Positions 17,720 through 18,924 of a stretch of 18,924 nucleotides of DNA are shown in pieces. The stretch comes from Elainellaceae cyanobacterium (GTDB lineage Bacteria > Cyanobacteriota > Cyanobacteriia > CAZCXK01): positions 1,648-20,571 of the forward strand of contig JBNPEG010000182.1 in NCBI GenBank assembly GCA_051117555.1, in the 5' to 3' direction. The notes under the pieces are model-generated. The model was not told the origin of the DNA and did no database searches. It saw nothing but the letters and a program-made list of their open reading frames with translations. Positions within the stretch are counted from its first letter, which is position 1. The number at the start of each line of letters is the position of its first letter. The translations under genes were made by a program, and so were the position numbers.

Positions 17720-18289
17720 ATGAAATATGACCCTGTGATTCACCATCGACAATCGATCCGCTTGAAAAACTACGACTATAGCCAAGCGGGTGCTTATTTT
17801 GTCACAATCTGCACACAGGAGAGGGAATGTTTACTCGGTGAGGTCGTCAACGCCTCGATATCCCTGAGTCAGTACGGAACTATTGTCCAGCAAGTTTGGC
17901 AGCAAATTCCGCATCACTTTTCCTCTGCGACTTTAGACGCGGCAGTGATTATGCCAAATCATTTCCACGGCATCATCATCATTGCTGACGATAGTTTGCC
18001 TATTAAACAAAATTCTAGCGATGTACCTCTTAAACGCAATTCTAAGAAGCCGACTTTAGGACAAATTGTTGCTTATTTCAAATATCAATCAACCAAGCTA
18101 ATTAACTCAATGCGCGATATGACTGGCGTGAAGCTTTGGCAGCGCAATTATTACGAACACATTATCCGCAGTGAAGCGTCCCTTAGTCGATTACGCATAT
18201 ACATTGAGCAGAATCCCCAAAAATGGCAGCATGACCAGCTTCATCCCCAAAATTCATCTAAATATGGTGAAACTTCTATTACCTATTAA
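17720..18289 (+). CDS. rayT: REP-associated tyrosine transposase (RAYT/TnpA-REP, Y1 HUH family)
   Basis: HRQSIRLKNYDYSQAGAYFVTICT, HUH motif MPNHFHG, WQRNYYEHIIR and catalytic Tyr in YIEQNP. Adjacent GTAG REPs. Confidence 0.93.
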   Translation: MKYDPVIHHRQSIRLKNYDYSQAGAYFVTICTQERECLLGEVVNASISLSQYGTIVQQVWQQIPHHFSSATLDAAVIMPNHFHGIIIIADDSLPIKQNSSDVPLKRNSKKPTLGQIVAYFKYQSTKLINSMRDMTGVKLWQRNYYEHIIRSEASLSRLRIYIEQNPQKWQHDQLHPQNSSKYGETSITY

Positions 18290-18311
18290 CGCATAGCAAG
18301 TGGAGCCGAAT

Positions 18312-18691
18312 ATGACAGTTCAAATTCTGCGAAAGAAATTCACGGTGGGGCAATACCACCAGATGATCGAGTCCGGCATTCTGACCGAGCGCGATCGCGT
18401 TGAGCTACTTCAGGGAGAAATTATTGAGATGTCGCCCATTGGCATGCAACATGCCGCCTGTGTTGATCGCATGAATGAATTGTTGGTGCGGGAATTAGGG
18501 AGCAGGGCGATCGTGCGGGTGCAAAACCCCATTCAGTTGAGCACTCGATCAGAACCACAGCCTGACGTTGCCATTCTGCAGCGGCGATCTGACTTTTATG
18601 CCAACGGCCATCCCCAACCCCAAGATGTCTTTGCGCTGATTGAAGTTTTGGACGCCACGGTTGAATTTGACCGCACCGTGAAAGTGCCGCT
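18312..18691 (+). pseudogene. Uma2 (PD-(D/E)XK) family endonuclease, truncated by IS insertion
   Basis: RVELLQGEIIEMSPIG..H, SEPQPDVAIL and LIEV.D.TVEFDRTVKVPL. The expected YA..GIPEYW tail is replaced by IS-derived sequence from 18692. GGAG lies upstream of the ATG at 18312. Confidence 0.9.
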
Positions 18692-18924
18692 GGCGTTGCT
18701 GAATAAGGGTATGAATCTATGCTGGGACAGGCACTTCCCCAAATCTGAGGTAGTGCAGTAGCAAACGGATAGAGTGCTTCAGCATATTCACGCACTTGGA
18801 ATAGCACAATGTCTTGCGACTCAATCGCGCCAAGTAATGCCTTAACCGAGTATTTTCTCTCTCGACCCGTGTCATATAGGTCTTGCTAACAATCTGGTCT
18901 CCATCGGGAATGTACTCGGGATAG
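18692..18924 (-). mobile_element. IS1 family insertion sequence, right end (runs off window)
   Basis: The terminal sequence GGCGTTGCTGAATAAGGGTATGAA starts where Uma2 homology stops and is adjacent to an InsB-type C-terminus on the minus strand. Confidence 0.88.
18717..18923 (-). CDS. insB: IS1 family transposase (InsB) C-terminus, partial
   Basis: Manual translation (not in the ORF track): YPEYIPDGDQIVSKTYMTRVERENTRLRHYLARLSRKTLCYSKCVNMLKHSIRLLLHYLRFGEVPVPA*. It contains the IS1 T..E..N..LRH.LARL.RKT.CYSK motif. Confidence 0.9.
   Translation of the reverse strand, partial: YPEYIPDGDQIVSKTYMTRVERENTRLRHYLARLSRKTLCYSKCVNMLKHSIRLLLHYLRFGEVPVPA

Noticed and set aside
17720..18289. IS200/IS605 TnpA with a TnpB partner
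   Set aside because: No tnpB is present. The N-terminal RxSIRL..YDYS motif and adjacent GTAG REPs fit a RAYT.
18421..18807. 128-aa minus-strand ORF
   Set aside because: Wrong frame. It straddles the IS1 end and antisense Uma2; the real InsB frame ends at 18717.
1..18924. High density of GCGATCGC
   Set aside because: This is HIP1, a well-known genome-wide cyanobacterial feature. It is used only as a taxonomic clue.

Overview
Cyanobacterial chromosomal window: the HIP1 octamer GCGATCGC occurs roughly 30 times by eye, and pcxA, cdv3, a PSII S4-domain gene and DUF1830 are present. The first ~17 kb is mostly housekeeping or metabolic: a 5'-truncated red chlorophyll catabolite reductase-like remnant, a lipoprotein, yjbQ, a minus-strand run coaD-cdv3-glsA-CsgA-like SDR-CYP110-like P450, a degenerate SF1 helicase-like protein divergent from pcxA, chrA, an S4 protein, DUF1830, an FdhF/YdeP molybdoenzyme and a GNAT. 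Several intergenic gaps hold small palindromic or nested repeat elements. The last 1.8 kb is the most unusual part, a co-oriented mosaic: [RAYT fragment]-[DUF5615 PIN fragment]-[Uma2 5' fragment]-[three GTAG REPs]-[intact REP-associated tyrosine transposase]-[Uma2 truncated by an IS1-family element]. It looks like two generations of a RAYT plus nuclease-cargo module. All family calls come from motif recognition, with no database search.
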